Assembly (NCBI RefSeq): GCF_036321535.1
Contig: NC_087436.1
Coordinates: 46,440,001-46,504,000 of the forward strand
From: Camelus dromedarius
Taxonomy: Eukaryota
Direction: 5' to 3'
DNA: 64,000 nucleotides
The notes below the pieces were generated by a model. The model did no database searches and had not been told where the DNA came from. It saw only the letters and a program-made list of their open reading frames with translations. The position numbers were made by a program, and so were the translations under genes. Shown one piece after another: positions 36,633 to 50,745 of this stretch (positions within the stretch are counted from its first letter, which is position 1; every line of letters begins with the position of its first letter).

Positions 36633-37284
36633 GCCATGTGTCTACAGGGACTCAAAAAAATAGACTTCTATTTTGATCACATCCTTGGAAAAAGCTTCAC
36701 ATACACTCATTCACAGATATGCAGACTCTTCCAAGCTAAGATAGAAGCTGTCTTCTCCTCTCCTCCGCAGCATTTATCACATCATATATTGTGTTTGGTT
36801 CTTAGTGTATTCAGTAAACTGAATAACTGAATGACACGAATCAATAAATCAATACATCAGGTACTAATGCAAGGAAATCCGGTTTATATTTTCTCTCATC
36901 CAGTATCATTGCACACCAGGAGTAGGATTAGGCAGGATAAATCCAATTACAGAACTCCCTTTTCTTCTGCATCTTTGTATAGTCATTCACGTATTATAGA
37001 TTATTTAAAGTATAAGTGTGTTATGAATATATACGGTGTAACTAAGAGACTGATTTTCATGGGGACAGTGGAAAAGTGTGTCAATTTTTAGTCACACTCT
37101 GTGGCTATTTCTACAGTAAAGTGTAAAAGATTTAGAAAAAATCTTAGGAATCATCTAGTTAGTCACTTCACAGATAAAGAAACAGCATCAAAGTGAATAA
37201 ATAACTTGGTCAAGCTCACAAAGTAGTCAGTGGCAGAATGGGGTCCAGTTCACCTGCCTGTAGCCTTATGCATTCTTCAGACTA

Positions 37285-37505
37285 GAGCTCCTACATCTAC
37301 ACTTTTCAGTATAGTAGCCATTAGCCCCACATGGCCATTCAAACTGAAATTAAATAAAATTAAACAAAATCTAAAATCTAGTTCCTAGCAATCGCACTAG
37401 CCACATTTCAAGTGCTCAATAAACCACATGTGGTTAGTGGCTACCATACTGGATTGAGCAATACAGACCATTTCCATTATTCCAGAAAGTTCTGTTGGTG
37501 CTGGT
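37285..37505. mobile_element. MER3-like hAT-Charlie element
   Basis: GTAGCCATTAGCCCCACATGGC...CACTAGCCACATTTCAAGTGCTCAATA...CACATGTGGTTAGTGGCTACCATACTGGA...CAGAAAGTTCT. Confidence 0.8.
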
Positions 37506-38489
37506 CTAGATAGAAAACAGATCTAAATAGTAAATAAGTGTATGTTATGGTCCTAAATTTCAGTCTTCCTTCTACCTGTTGTGGGATATTTACATTTTAG
37601 TAGCTAATGTTTCTTAGCATTACTGATTTAAAATAGGAAAAGCACTTACACTTTCTTCAATAGAAATATGTTTTACTGAGCATCATGTAGGGTGATAGAC
37701 CTTTGCAAACCACAAATTTATTTCCTTTATGGCGCGCTAGGGGAAGCATGCTTAATCACAGAGGGCAGAGAAAGCCTGTTAATTTTTCTTACTTTCCGGA
37801 TCATTTCCATTTTGGATGCAGCAGTGAGAAACAATTTATTAAATATTTAGAAGGGATGGAGTGAGCTAATTTCAGCCCTGGATATCTGGTGAGAGGTGAC
37901 AGAGTATCTGTTTGGGGACCTAATCGGAACATAGATTCTCAAATACCTAGATCTGTCTTTAATCTGCTGGTGGTAGTTAATGTCCAAAATTTAGTCTGGG
38001 GTCCTGGTTTTGTCAAGTGGTAAGAAAAATGAATAGCTTCTTTAATTTCCTGAATGTTAAGAGACCTCTCTTAAAGAGGTCAGAGCATGATTTTGAGAAA
38101 TACCAACAAATAAATCATCTGGGTTTAATATTTTCCCCGAAAGTCAGCACATGAGATAAAAAAGTCAAAAAGAATTTATTCTTTTAAAAAAAAATTACTG
38201 CATTTAAAACTTCTTTCATCAAGTATTCGTGAATTAACATAATAATGTGTCATCTAACTGACAATCTCTAAAGGAGACCTGTTTTAGAGGAACTTCTTCA
38301 AATAATAGAAATTATGGAGTGATCTTATTGAAACAACAAGAACAACAAAAAAAATCCCAAATACTTAAACAGAAATAACCATCTCAAAAGTAGGAACTCC
38401 TTCCAGTGATGAGAAGTATGACAGTTTGAGTGGCAAAACAATGGAGGAAATTCAGAAAGAATTGAGTAATTTTCATATTCAATAATTCA

Positions 38490-38840
38490 TTGTTTTAATG
38501 TAGTCATAATTATTTATTTGCTAGGCACTGACCTAGGTGCTGAGGATGTAAAATATATGGCTTGAAGAATCTGCTGCCTAGTCAAGCAGATTTTATAAAT
38601 ATGCAAATATATTAAAATACAGCCAGTTAAAAATGTGCTTGAGAAACATGGAGGACAAAAACAAGCCCTGTCTGGGTGCAGTGGAGAAGGTTCACAAAGG
38701 AAGTGAGTTATGGCCACTGAGCCTCGAAGAATGATTAAGACCTTTACATGGAGATTAATTTGAGACTGGTTGGGAAAATACAGATGCTTCAGGGTGACTG
38801 AAGACAGAGTTCATAGAAGACTCGAAACCAGAGATGAGGC
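38490..38840 (-). mobile_element. LINE-2 fragment
   Basis: TGCTAGGCACTGACCTAGGTGCTGAGGAT...AAGGTTCACAAAGGAAGTGA...CTGAGCCTCGAAGAATGA. Confidence 0.65.
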
Positions 38841-40329
38841 TCTCCCGTCTCAGCACGATCCCACTCTTTTCTTGTTTATGCTGTGTTCCTTCATACCCCG
38901 TTCAACTAAATCATGGGCTTTTACACTGAAAACATGTCAGCACACTCTCTTATATTCTAAACATTTCCCAATAGTTGCTAGTTTAGCATTTCCACACACT
39001 TAAGCTATGAAATCTGAATCTTGTAAAACATTGTTGAATTATACTCCAGACATACATATAATAGGGGCTAGAGTTTATATTTCTTGACCTTCCCTCATCA
39101 AACATCCAAGGAGAACATGGAATTTTATATAAGTACATCTTAAATGAATCTTTCTTAAGTAAGACAAATTTCCAGTCTTTATTTCAAATTTCCTCTTACT
39201 CTTTATAAACCAAGTTTATGTATTTTCTGATCTTGTGACAAGGTTAATAGCTTTCAAAAAGTTGTAATTAAAGTCTGTTGCACCAAACCCTTGAGAAAGT
39301 CTGATACTCACATTTTATGACTCCAATAAGTTAGATTACATGTGTTATCATTTTTCCCCATAGAAACAGACTTTTAAAAGTATTTTCTTCATTTTGCCTA
39401 GCTTTTATTAAATCATGGAAAAATTCTTAACTCAGAAAGGAAATAATTTTAAATGGCTTAATAGATTGGGGCTTTTATTTTCACCTTCACAGATGGGCCA
39501 CCTCTTTTTCGTTCCCTGTGTCTTTTATTACAGAAGCTGGTTGTATATTCTTGTATGCAGAAGTGACCAGCAGCTTTCACAGCTTCAAATTTTACTGTTA
39601 GCCATCAGGGACAGAACAGGAACTATGTCCGCCCCCTGCTCACACGAGCATCATTTCCTAATAGCAGACAAACCAGAACTTGCCTTAAAACACCTCCCAA
39701 GAGGCGCCCTAAAGCACATCATTTAGAAACTCTGCATCCTGTTTAAGTAATTAATACCTCAATCAAATTTGTGCTAACATCAGTAGTGTCAGAAAAATTC
39801 ATTATTTTTTCCCATTCCATGATCTATCAAGCAAAAGACTTTTTTTTTAATTAAAAAATGTTATTTTTACAAACTGGGAAGTGTAGCCAATGCATAATGG
39901 TTATAGCAACATCCATTTCCTAACTGCCTGCTTTGAAGATTAACATGGATTGATAATTCGACCTACTTTTTTCATAATGGCTTTCTGAACTGCATTAGAA
40001 ACCTTAGACCTACATCCACATCTACAACACGCTCCGTGTTAATGAGACCATGTAACTAAGATGATTTCTGCTTTGCTGTTTTAATACAGAAGTCCTGAAC
40101 TGAATTCCTCCACTGGCTCTTGTACTGAGAGATAATCTCGAGGCCTTTAGGATAGGACAGTAGCTCTAGGATGACTCAAGTGAATGCTCATGAAAAATCT
40201 TGTCATTCCTATCTTGAGACACCACTGTCTAAGGTTTGAGGAAAATCTTGATTTACTCTATGTGTTCATTATTCATTCCTATAATTTTTATCATACTCAA
40301 AGTCAGCACCATTGTGCCTACAAGCACCT

Positions 40330-40795
40330 ACGAGGCCATTCTACTATCGCCCTTCCCTCTCCACATGCCCATCTTCTAATATCTACCTGTTGCGTCCTCT
40401 GTGCTCTTTGAACACACTCAGCATGTGCCTGCCTCTTGGCCTTCGCACTTGCTGTTCCCTTGCCTGGAGCATTCTTCCCCCTTCTATATGTCCGGCTCTC
40501 TGCCTGACCTCTTTCAGAGCTCTATCCAGGAGTCACTTTTATCCTAAAGCCCTCAGTGAGCCCCTAATTTAAAATATCGCCACATCTACTCCCAGTCCCT
40601 ACCCCCATGTGCCACCTGACACAACTTTATATTTTACTTGTTTATTTTATTTTTTCACTGTCTTTCCCCATTCACTAGAATAGGATGTCCAGGAGGGCAT
40701 GCTTTTTATTTATTTTGTTCACTACTGTATCCCCAGTGCCTAAAACATTGCCTGAAATTCAATGGGCATTCAATAAACTAAGTGGGTGAATTCAT
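40330..40795 (+). mobile_element. LINE-2 3' end
   Basis: GCACTTGCTGTTCCCTTGCCTGGAG...CACTAGAATAGGATGTCCAGGAGGGCA...TTGTTCACTACTGTATCCCCAGTGCCTAAAACA...CATTCAATAAA. Confidence 0.88.
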
Positions 40796-41301
40796 AAACG
40801 ACCCCAAAAGGATTCACTGAGCAATTACTCTATGCCAGCTCCAGTACATGAGAAAAGATGTTTAGGGTACAGAAAGAAGTAACCCGACAATCACAAAACT
40901 GTTGGTAAATTCTGGGAAAGAAGTGCTGTCATAGGGGTGCTTTGGAGAACAAAAGAGGGGGACCTAACCCCAGGGGCAGGGGCACTGAGCTCTGAGTTAT
41001 GGAGTGGGTGGAGGAGGGAGGACTAGACAGGAAAAGCCTACTAAAGGGACAGACTGTCAGAGGGGCAGAGGGGCAGAGGTGTCTTATGCGGCGAACCATA
41101 ACTACTGCAAGAGCTCGGGCTTTTCTCAGAAGCCATGGAAAGCTGTGGAAGGATTTTCCAGCCCAGGAAGGGTATGTCTTTTAGAGATTAGTCTTTTAGA
41201 AAGCTCTCTCAGGCAGCACTGTGCAGAAAGGACTTAAGAGGACTCAAAACACAGTGGCTTTTTAGCTGGGTGTCACATTAGCTTCCGTGAGAAAGAGAGT
41301 T

Positions 41302-41359
41302 TGAACAAGAGCACAGCAATGCAGCTGAACAAGAGCACAGCAATTCAGCTGAACAAGAG
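41302..41359. repeat. 24-bp tandem repeat, about 2.4 copies
   Basis: TGAACAAGAGCACAGCAATGCAGC / TGAACAAGAGCACAGCAATTCAGC / TGAACAAGAG. Confidence 0.9.
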
Positions 41360-42624
41360 GGCTGGATCAGAGACATATGCTGAGTAAGTACAGGATCTGG
41401 TGGACCCGGAGTAGGAGGCGTGAAGGAAGGATCGCTCTCAGGCCCGAGTAACACGCCTTTCATAAAGGCGATCACCAAATAGGAACTCTCATATTTCTTT
41501 AACTTACTTGCTTGTCATATTCTACACAATATTTTACATGATGTTTAGAAATGAAATCCAGCAGGGGCAGGGGAAGACAGGAAAGGAAATCAGTGCACTG
41601 TATGATTTCTTACTTGTTTCCAACTTTTAACTTTCTATAGCTCTCCATGGTCTTTTCTGAGAGATCATGAAATCTTAGATGTAAAATTTTATCTGCAGAT
41701 AAGGGATGTTACTACACACTTAGAATTTTTCAGTGGCTCATCTGGATTTTATCTTTTGAAGAAAGTTATTGCCATTATGCAAAAAACCTTTAATGAAAAA
41801 GTTAATACATTCTACATTTCCCAGGACCTATACTGAAATGAGTATATTTCATGGTTTAAATGGTAGTTTAACACTTATGGAGTTAAACTGAAAGAAATTT
41901 AGTTTAATATGGTGAGATTTTATATGTTACACAGTTCTCAGTCCTAAGACATATACAAAGAAATGATTACATAAAATAAAGGAGACCAGATTATTCTCAT
42001 CTTAATTGGTTGTATACAAAGAATATGCAGATATAAAAGTGCCCGTCAAGAGAATACCTAAGAAAGAACAATTCATTGATTGATAAAAATGGACTAAAAA
42101 GATTGACTCTTTGGTTGGAAAAACTATTTGATTCAAACTTTTTAAGGCATGGGGATAACAATAACAGAATTATTTTAGAATATTAGAACACAAGAACAAT
42201 TGGTTTTAATTTTAAGAATAATAAGAAGCACTAGCTTGACTGGTGAATAATGAGTTTATGACATTCTTCATTCAAGTCACTATTCAGGCTGAGAATATAA
42301 GATTAAGATAAGATAGAATATAAGATTAAGATGAAAATACACGATTAAGATTAGATAAGCCAGTGAATGGTTCTGTGGCATTTGCCCATTATTTTATAAA
42401 TTTGTATTTGTACTAGAAACTGAAAACTAATCAAATGTAGGTATCTTAACCAACTGGTAGTGACAATTCTAACCTTAAAATCAATTTTTGATCTGTGAAG
42501 CTTTCATTTGTAAGCTTAAATCTAATGACTGCAATGTCACAGATATATAATGGGATTATTAATCAGTGGATACTCAAAAAAAATACATTTAAGCAAAATA
42601 TTGATTAGTAAAATAGCCCTTTGG

Positions 42625-42680
42625 GGAGAGAGAGAGTGAGTGAGTGAGTGTGTGTGTGTGTGTGTTTGTGTGTGTCTGTG
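42625..42680. repeat. Compound (GA)n(GAGT)n(GT)n microsatellite
   Basis: Direct reading. Confidence 0.9.
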
Positions 42681-44966
42681 CTTTAACTCGAATGTATGTC
42701 TGTGCCTTATGTTCAACATCACTTTTTTCCCAGTTCCTTCCTAGTAATGGCTGACACTGTCTTTGGCTTGCTACCATCTTTCCTGCCAGTGGGATCAAAG
42801 GAGCATATGCACATTTTTGGTAGCTGAGGCTATATCCTTGGCAACATAGTTATGAACAATATGTGTATTCACAATGCAAAATTAAAGTTATATCTTAAAA
42901 TCTGCTTTTATTTTTGGAGTTTAGCAAAGAATGGCAATAGTTTTCTAACAGTGATAAATATAGTATATTAATTTTTTAATAGCCATCCCTTGACTTTTAT
43001 TAAATATAGTGTTAAAATATGCAACTAATGTAATTTCACAGATTTCAGAGTTGTAAGTAATCTTTCTAAATCTCTGACTTACTGTGATCATGCAACAAAG
43101 ACCTAATTAAAAAATACCAGATGTTTGTCTCTAGTTAAAACATTTGATTTAAAATTTGCTCTTATTTTCATCTGAAATATTTCTTTCAAGGGTTATACAT
43201 CAATATAATGAAATGTCCAGTTTTAGTGAACAATATTTTTTCAAGTGACAGTTAGGTTTATAATGGGAAGCAAACCTTTTTGAATTGAACATATACATTC
43301 TCAGTCTAAACACTGAATTAATGTACTTTTGGTTATATGGTTTCCTTTCTAACATCAACATTTTCAGAAGTGAAATACTCTGGAGACGCTTGGAAAAATG
43401 GAATCATAGACAATAATAAAACCCAAGTCTTTTCTTCACTCTCAGATCTCCTATCACTACAATTTCCAAATTCTGCCTTTGCTTAGCATTAACATTCACT
43501 TCCCAAACAATTTACCCAAGTGAGGAAATGATTAAACATGTTTATATGCTAAGGGGAAGGAATTAGCTGAGAGCAGAAGGTTCTGATGCAGATGCAGGGA
43601 TAATTGGTTGAGATAGATCCCTGAGGGCGGAGGCAAAGATGAATTCCAGAGTGGACTGGATGCATTTGCCCTGTCTGGAAAGAGAGCATCTTCTTCCTCT
43701 GATGTAGTGAGGAGGTCCACATGGGTTTGAATCAATGAGAGACATGACGTCGGGGGAATTTATACCTGAAAGCCTCTGTTTTCTCTGCAAAATCTTAAAC
43801 AGGGAGAATTTTAAATGGAAGGAGTGAGATAAGTGAAGAGAAAGTCAGACTACTCATATATTGGATCACAAGCTCATTAAGAAGGTGGTTGGTTGAGGAA
43901 ATACAAAAGGAGTATATATAAGGGTGATATTGTGCAGTGTACTTTCAATAACCTAAATCTGACCATATGAGGAAATTATTAGTCTTCCTGTGAAGATTAT
44001 GAAATAATTTATGAGGAACAGATTCTCAGAATGTTCCTAAATGTTGTGTATTTCTAATTTTTAAAAAATGTTGCATGACCAATTCTTCCTCTAATTATCA
44101 CCCTAGTACTTTATTTTATGGCAGAGTCTAAATGTAAGGTGCTGATTATACTGAAATGTCACACATGGAAAATAAGTTAGCCATTAGTTAAGTGTAATGG
44201 AATAAAGAGTTTTTTACATGGGATGATGGGGAATCTATAACTTTGTTTAAATATACTAAAATTAAAAGTAGTTTTTAAAGAATTGGAAGAAAAGTGCTTA
44301 ATGTTTTTATTTTAAAATAGACATCAATAGTCAGAACTATAGCTCTCTTTGTGTTCTTTTCCACTCTTCCAAAGTGTGCCTTGCTCTAAATAAAGCCAAC
44401 AGAATCCCAACACTGACTTTGTGGTCAAAAACTGCTAAATCTCAGAACTGCCACATTTTCATTTTAAATGTAAATATTCCCATTCATCTTCCTAAATATT
44501 ATATTTCTTCTTCCCCTCCCTCTCTGGCCCCAGTGTCATAGTTTATGCAACAGCTGACAGCATCTTTTGTTCCCTTTTCTGGTGCACACTAGGTGTCACA
44601 AATGACCTTGGCACCCCCTAATTTGTAAACAAGTTTTTGTGCAAGTCAATTGGCCACGTTTCCTAAGAGGAAGAATAGAACAAAACATGTTTCTTTGTAA
44701 TGCCATTCAATCATTTCCTTTGCAAATCTGCATACTGAAGTTTTGCAGATGCAGATGTCCTAGAACACGTCCATTTGCTGGGAACTGCATTGCATTTTAA
44801 GTGCTTCTGGCAGCAACATCTCCAGCCTTCTAAATGAGATTGATGTGATAGATTTGCAGGTATTTGAAGAAACAGATGCGCTGAAGCAGCAAAGATTCTT
44901 TCTCTTTTTAAAGGATAAATCAGAATCCTACTGCATATGCTTAATTTTCTTCAAAAGAGAATGAGA

Positions 44967-45048
44967 CAACAGGTTTATACTGTACAGCACAGGGAACTAT
45001 AGTCAATATCTTGTAGTAATCTATAATGAAAAAGAATATGAAAACAAA
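44967..45048 (+). mobile_element. Very short 5'-truncated L1 3'UTR insertion
   Basis: TATACTGTACAGCACAGGGAACTATAGTCAATATCTTGTAGTAATCTATAATGAAAAAG is related to 1990-2030 of the L1 above; flanked by AAAAGAGAAT at 44953-44962 and 45049-45058. Confidence 0.75.
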
Positions 45049-45236
45049 AAAAGAGAATAAGAGAAAAGATCCACTGTGTATTTCCAACCGAAAATCTTCA
45101 TTTTCCTTGATGCACAAAACATAAGCAATATTTCAGCGTGGTAAAGAGAACCTTACAGAATAGGACAGTTTTAATTGATCATTTGAGTTTAAATGGTTAT
45201 GGTATTATGGTAATTGAATTGGTTTTCTTTTTTTAG

Positions 45237-45263
45237 GGTCCTCTGGGGCCTCCAGGACAAAAG
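45237..45263 (+). CDS. COL25A1: COL25A1 collagenous micro-exon (27 nt, GPLGPPGQK)
   Basis: TTTTCTTTTTTTAG acceptor, AAG|GTAGAG donor, 3 Gly-X-Y triplets. Confidence 0.95.
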
Positions 45264-47322
45264 GTAGAGTATAAACAATACTGTGAAAGTAATTATACTC
45301 CCATCTCCTAATGGCTAACCTGAGAGGGGAATGGAATTAGCTACTGTAAGCCACGGGGAAGCAGTCTGGCTTGTGCATTCTGCTTTCTAAAAATACAATC
45401 ATATAATGTGAATCATTAGATTTCTAATCAATTCCAGTATAGAAAGTCCAATAAATCCAGAGCACACTCTTTAAAATAAGCTGTCTGCTCAACTTGTAAG
45501 TTATGGAGTTTTTAATTCAAAGACTGGTAAAGCATCATGACAAAACTTAGAATGTGAAGGGTCATACAACATCGCAAATTAAATGCATGGTCTTGCACAA
45601 TATGTGATTGTCAAATGAGGATTAAACATAACAGAACAAAGGATATACTTGTGCTTGGTGGCTGTATTCAAGTGGCCCGCTAGTGTCTTCCTTCACTGAG
45701 GTAACCTGAAAAGTGGCTTCCTGATTATCATTTCAACATTATCCACTGCCATCAGAATTGACCATTGCATTCTGATGGACAGGGTCTAGCACGTCTAAAA
45801 TTCCATCAGTCCTATAGTAGTGAATCTATCAATAGCAGGAAGATGGCCCTTTGCCAGCAAAATATCACTAAGTCCCCATTCCCCATCACACCTCCCACCC
45901 GACAAGGGGGACAAAAAAGGATATTTAACTTGCGGAAAACTAAAGAAAACAATTGTATTACAACAGGTGGAAAAGTGATTATTCTTTATCTTTGGAATCC
46001 ATCAAAGATAGAGACTTTTTATCCCCCAAGCTTGGGCATGTGGCATCTGTTGAAACATAATCCTACAAACCAAGTAAGAGCCAATGCATTGTGAGACAAC
46101 TTGTGTATAGGAACACGTTGTCCTTCGCAATAATGTCTCTATTAAGCATGGTGTGAAATTGTAAAGCTACCCTAATCCACATGCCACCAGGATAAAATTA
46201 CTGCCTCAGGCTTCGGGAAGTCCTTTAATGACCCACTCAATATAATCACCGAGAAAGCACTAAGGAACTTGCCATCTGATTTTGCTTTGCATATAATGAC
46301 TACATTTTAACAGATTTTATTTTGGGGAACAGTTTTAAATTTAGAATTACTATTTTAACTTTTTTCCCATTGTTATTAAAGAAATTTCATATCATACATC
46401 TATGAAGAAAATATCTGTTTTCTAGGGCTAAACCAAAAAGAAGCACATTCTATTTAAAAACGGTTTCCCCAGAACCTAAAATGGAACTGTATGGAGGGAA
46501 ATGACATCACTATTTGAAAACATTCATTAATGTTTCTGTATCCAGTTGAATGTCAGATTTTCTCACGTAATAATTAGCTTTCTCATTCTCGGTTCAACCA
46601 CATATGTCCAACTGTTCTAATCACCCTAGTGCATGTGTGCACACATCCAAGCAGGTATGCGCGTGCACACACACACACACACTCTTAACATAATGTTTTA
46701 TGTGTAGAAGTTGTGTTGTTCCTACTCAGTGTTTAAAATTTGTAGCATCCTTTTTAGTCTACTTTGGAAGATCTATTCACACTCATGTGGTTTAAATATA
46801 CTCCCTGAGAGTCTGGGAGAAATGCTTCAAATACAACAAATTTGAGTTTACAACATGGGTTCCTTATTTAACTAATTATGTAACAAGCGGTTGTTATTTT
46901 AGTTACCTTTCATTTTATGGTATTTAAACCATAAGAGTTAACTGCTACTGTTGGGCTTTTTCCAGATGAAACTAAGCCTATTTAATTCTTAAAAGCACCC
47001 AAATTTAGTGTCATGTGACCTTTTGATAGATACAGATCTCAATTTATGATATGTTTCTTTAAAATCATAGTAGGATTAAGTAGATATTTAGAAATATGTT
47101 TAAATTTAACTTCATGGTTTCTGGAAAAGCTTGATAAATCTGTTTGCTTACATTATTGTGTACTTGAACACAGCAGATAAGGTCTGAAAAACATAGCCTC
47201 CCAGACATGTTTTAGCAATTTAATGAAGTAAATTTATGGCTGATATAACTAACGCAATATAAATTTAGAATTGAAATATTTTGTGATTATGATATCAATT
47301 TAATATAATCATGTCTCCTTAG

Positions 47323-47367
47323 GGTTCTATTGGAGCACCTGGAATTCCAGGGATGAATGGGCAAAAG
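47323..47367 (+). CDS. COL25A1: COL25A1 collagenous exon (45 nt, GSIGAPGIPGMNGQK)
   Basis: TCTCCTTAG acceptor, AAG|GTGAGT donor, 5 Gly-X-Y triplets. Confidence 0.97.
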
Positions 47368-48354
47368 GTGAGTTCTATCAAAAATGCTATTTTTGATAAT
47401 TTGGAGGGGATTAAAAATCAAAAAATTATTTTAGTCAGTGATGTTGGCAATAAGTTTATCTGCTTATAAAAATATTACATATACTTTTGAAATATAGGAA
47501 AATTATGGTGCAAATGATCAAATTAGTTTAACTTTTAAGCTAATGCATTAAATAGCAAGAAATTCTTAGACATTTCTCCATTTTATTTTGCTATGTATGA
47601 GATATAACTATCTTTCTCATAAATATATGTGGAGTATGGGAAATGCTGTATTTACTATCAACTATAATAAATAATATGTGTTCTAGTTTGTTCTTGCTAT
47701 GGCTGAGTAATATGTATTATTTCTTTCATTAATGAAAGTTATTCCTATAGAAGGACTCTATTAGAATCTTGTGAGTTCAGAAGCAGGCTTTTTCCGTGTT
47801 AAGCAAAATTAGGAGTTAAATGGACTTGCTAAGCTCTGGTATTACACTTTCATTGTACTGTTTATAATGAAGGGAAAAATAAAGTTAAAAAAAAAGCCAA
47901 CAGCTCTACATAGACATATCTAGGTGCCCATGTACATTTATTCTTGCAACATACTTACCAGTTGGACAAAGCATCCAGCTTTATCCCACAGGTGGATCTG
48001 GTATTCTGTGCTCTCTGATAGTGCTGATTGGCTTTTCAATCTGGAACCTCTACAGAGACCAGGAAAGCCATTGTGGTGGCTACCAAAGCCACTATCTGGG
48101 CCAGTTTGCCAGGAGCCAGAGAGCTGAGCTGGGGACTTTCCTGTCTCCCTCAGAGCTTTTGGACTGGCCCTTTGAACTCCTGTGATTCATCAGCTTGTTT
48201 TCCCTGAGGACTTTAAATTCATGCACTCTGAATTGAATTCTAAACTCATGAGGAGTCCAACCCTTCCGGATAGAATAAACCTCCTGGTGAACTGTTCCAT
48301 CCTGTCCATCTTTTCTTCTGCAATGAGATGTAAACAATAACCATTCAAAACCTA

Positions 48355-48525
48355 CTGAGTCTGCCACTTAGAGTCTATGTGAATTTTGGTGAAGTCCTTG
48401 AATTCTCCAGCCTCTATTTCCTCATCTGTAAAAGGGAGACAATAGCAATCCCTACCTAATAAGGTTAATGTGAGGATTAAATGAGGAACTAGGCATAAAA
48501 CCCTTATTACATGTTTAATATTACT
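48355..48525 (+). mobile_element. MIR SINE
   Basis: TCTGCCACTTA...TTTCCTCATCTGTAAAAGGGAGACAATAG...TGTGAGGATTAAATGAG. Confidence 0.85.
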
Positions 48526-50550
48526 ATTAAATTTTCCTTCATCTCATTTTACTGAAATTCTGGAAATTTGATTGATCTCTGTTTTGAGAGATGCTCTATT
48601 TCCAGAATTCCTCCATTCCCAAGTGAAATTAGTATTCTCAACCAAATCTTGAGGTAGCTTGTAGTCCACAAGTCAAACACTGGGCACTCCTCAGTAGTTA
48701 AATGCCCATGTCACAGCCCTATTTTCCACTTAGTGAAACGCATACCCATTTGCCTCACAAATCTTGGTAAAGACAGAAGATTAACTTTCTGTTTAGAACA
48801 TTGGAGACCATGGAGGGAAACATAAGCAAACATTTGAAAGTGTATTCATTCTATGATGGATTTGAACATCATATAATCCAAGATGATATTTAGAAAGGAC
48901 AAAACATGGATATAACATAAATGTTGTTTTTAACATTTGATGAAAAACAAACCTTGTACGCCTAAGGTTAACATTTTGCTTTTTCTTCTTTGTTCCTTTT
49001 CTTTTTTCAACACTGAGACAATCATGAAAATTTATAGAAACCTTTAACCTGAAACAAAACAACTTTAAAACTGTCACATATATACTTATGAAGACTGCAT
49101 ATTCTTTATTTTTGCAAAGGAAATATGCAATTTCCTTAGCAAGAGAAAGGAATGTGACATTTTCTTGTCCTAGTCACCAAGTTTAAATTATATTTCAAGG
49201 AAATAGACAGTTAATACTTGCAGTTTTATGTCTTGTTATACATCTTTATGGCATTTTAAAGTGTTTTCTGTAAAACCAAGGGAAGCTAAATGATTTCATA
49301 CTTTTATGAAGGTATCAGCAAAATGAAGTTCAAGATTTGTTTTTCCTATTTAACCTAAAACTTTGTGTATGGAATTTCTGTTAATCCTAGCCATTATCTA
49401 ACATTTGTAATATTTGTTGTAGCATCTTTAGGAAAATAAGGTGTAAAAAACATGAGTCCAATTCAGTGAAACAGCAGGACACCTAGGTAGTAAAAAAAAA
49501 AAAGTTGAAAATAGAGTAATCATTCTATACTTAGAGCTTTGGAATGTGCCTTGGTTCTCTAGAATTTATTTTTCTAGAAAGAGAGCTTACAATGACATTA
49601 GTAATTTTTAAAGCACCTCGATGTCCTTAAACTGTCTTGAGAAAATTTTTTTTTTGCACGTTACAATTTCACTTTTCCAAAGAAGTACTTTAGATGCTTT
49701 GAAGATAATTTTCAAATAATGGTTAGGGTAGGATATGATTTCTAAGCTATCAGAAACATGACAAATAACAGCCAGAAATAAAAAGATTCCTCAATTATAA
49801 AAAAAGAAAGAAAAGTAAAGGGTTTTAAGCAAATATGGTATTTGTTTTTTATTAAAATATTTTTTATCCATTCAGATTGATAAAATTGGTGATTGGTTTT
49901 GGCCAATAACTTGGTGGTAACATTTTTTACCCTATTTTCCTTTAAATTTTGGTCAACTTGATTACTGATCTGAATATTTCTTATTTTTGTAATGGTCCCC
50001 CAGTTCCTCAGACCATGTTAGGAAAAAAGACTCACATAAGCAGTAACATGGCATTAAACTCCAGTCTAGCTTCTTCTGGTCTCACAATCTATCGAGGGCT
50101 ACTAAGCACCCTTCTGTGGAAGTGGAAGGTGGTGTAGAACATGGTCTCTGCAGTCAGAGAGAATTCTTCAAGTCCTTGTCCTCCCCTGGGCAAGTTATGT
50201 AATGTTTCTAAGGCTCAGGAGTAAAATATTAATAGAGACTTTGGAGTATTAACTAGATAATGTATCTAAAGTGAACATAATGCAATAGGCGCTCAATAAA
50301 TACTATCAAGTGTCTGTAGTAGTATTAACACACTTTAAGAATTTCAACAAATGAGCCCTAGACTTACGCTCAGGCAGGAAGCAAAGCAAATTGAATTTAT
50401 GACTGGAAGAAAATAAATATGCAGTTACACATGAAGTGCAATATTTCTCTGTCCCCTAGCTCTCTCCCCACTCAAGCACCCCATTCTCAGTTGCTGGAAT
50501 TCAAGTACAATAGATAAGGGAAAGAGAAGGAGAAAGAAACATGTCATATT

Positions 50551-50745
50551 ATTTCTTTCTTTTTTTGTTATAGTTGATTTGCAGTGTTGTGTTAATTTCT
50601 GGTGTACAGCAAAGTGACTCAGTTATAAGTATATGTATATTATTTTTCATATTCTTTTTCATTATAGGCTATTACAAGGTATTGAATTTAGTTCCCTGTT
50701 CTGTACAGTAGGGCCTTGTTGTTTATCAATTTTACATACAATAAA
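50551..50745 (-). mobile_element. L1 3'UTR fragment (artiodactyl-type)
   Basis: ATAGTTGATTTGCAGTGTTGTGTTAATTTCTGGTGTACAGCAAAGTGACTCAGTTAT...AGTTCCCTGTTCTGTACAGTAGGGCCTTGTTGTTTATC. Confidence 0.85.

Noticed and set aside
41302..41359. Short direct repeats (also 34044-34140 and 42292-42332) as a CRISPR-like array
   Set aside because: Eukaryotic intron, only 2-3 copies, no regular repeat-spacer array and no cas genes
41390..41460. Gly/Pro-rich stretch (GSGGPGVGG) as a possible collagen exon
   Set aside because: Glycines are not every third residue and there is no pyrimidine tract
44591..44610. Adjacent T-box (AGGTGTCA) and nuclear-receptor (TGACCTTG) motifs
   Set aside because: Two short motifs alone cannot support an enhancer call without conservation data
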